NCBI GenBank assembly: GCA_965208325.1
Contig: OZ242326.1
Span: 960,001 to 1,024,000, forward strand
Origin: Candidatus Poribacteria bacterium
GTDB taxonomy: Bacteria; Poribacteria; WGA-4E; PCPOR2b
Length of the DNA stretch: 64,000 nt
Direction: 5' to 3'
A program made the position numbers and the translations under genes. This document shows, one piece after another, positions 63,855 to 64,000 of the stretch (within the stretch, counting starts at the first letter, position 1; each line of letters opens with the position of its first letter). Under the pieces are notes generated by a model, which saw only the letters and a list, made by a program, of their open reading frames with translations, was not told the DNA's origin and made no database searches.

Positions 63855-64000
63855 ATGTCTATTCCGAAAATCTCCGTGAGCAATCCAGTTTTAGCGAACC
63901 TCCTCATGGTTACCATTATCCTGTTTGGCGTATATTCATGGATTGTTCTTCCGAGAGATTTAACCCCTGAAATCTCATTTCGAATTGCCACTGTCACGAC
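63855..64000 (+). CDS. N-terminus of an RND (AcrB-family) efflux permease, truncated by the window edge
   Basis: Manual translation MSIPKISVSNPVLANLLMVTIILFGVYSWIVLPRDLTPEISFRIATVT; AGGAG upstream. Confidence 0.8.
   Translation, partial: MSIPKISVSNPVLANLLMVTIILFGVYSWIVLPRDLTPEISFRIATVT

Overview
A chromosomal bacterial segment of about 50% GC, densely coding except for repeat-rich intergenic patches. The mix of PhyH dioxygenase, Gfo/Idh/MocA, TIM-barrel isomerases, a CBM9-Omp85 fusion and abundant GTAG-type repeats is reminiscent of Ca. Poribacteria, which is an impression and was not tested. Recognisable genes: a partial YjhG/YagF-type dehydratase, a thrC-like PLP enzyme, recD2, an M28 peptidase, egtD co-transcribed with a betaine/ergothioneine-type ABC importer, archease, two HpcH aldolases, a multidomain Omp85 protein, a PAS kinase with a sigma54 activator, sugar-catabolic oxidoreductases, two paralogous Zn-ribbon ABC exporters with a DUF1854-like gene, guaB, a 959-aa orphan with a degenerate MDH/LDH and xdhC, a glmL-like gene, Fe-ADH, purH, a doubled nfeD/floA operon and the start of an RND pump. 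The most notable unexplained signals are non-coding. (i) A promoter- and terminator-bounded, structured ~340-nt RNA candidate lies upstream of the ABC-ABC-DUF1854 locus. (ii) A 20 x 40-bp combinatorial REP-like array lies between the two ABC genes. (iii) A non-palindromic 23-nt unit is dispersed at 11 or more sites and forms exact 23-nt-period tandems. (iv) A sigma54 promoter with enhancer-like repeats precedes two tiny unknown ORFs. (v) The thrC-like gene has an attenuator-like leader. (vi) Orphan antitoxins, a truncated VapC and a phage terminase-like fragment are embedded in repeat mosaics. No rRNA, tRNA, CRISPR array or intact transposase was seen. All family assignments are by eye from motifs; no searches were run.
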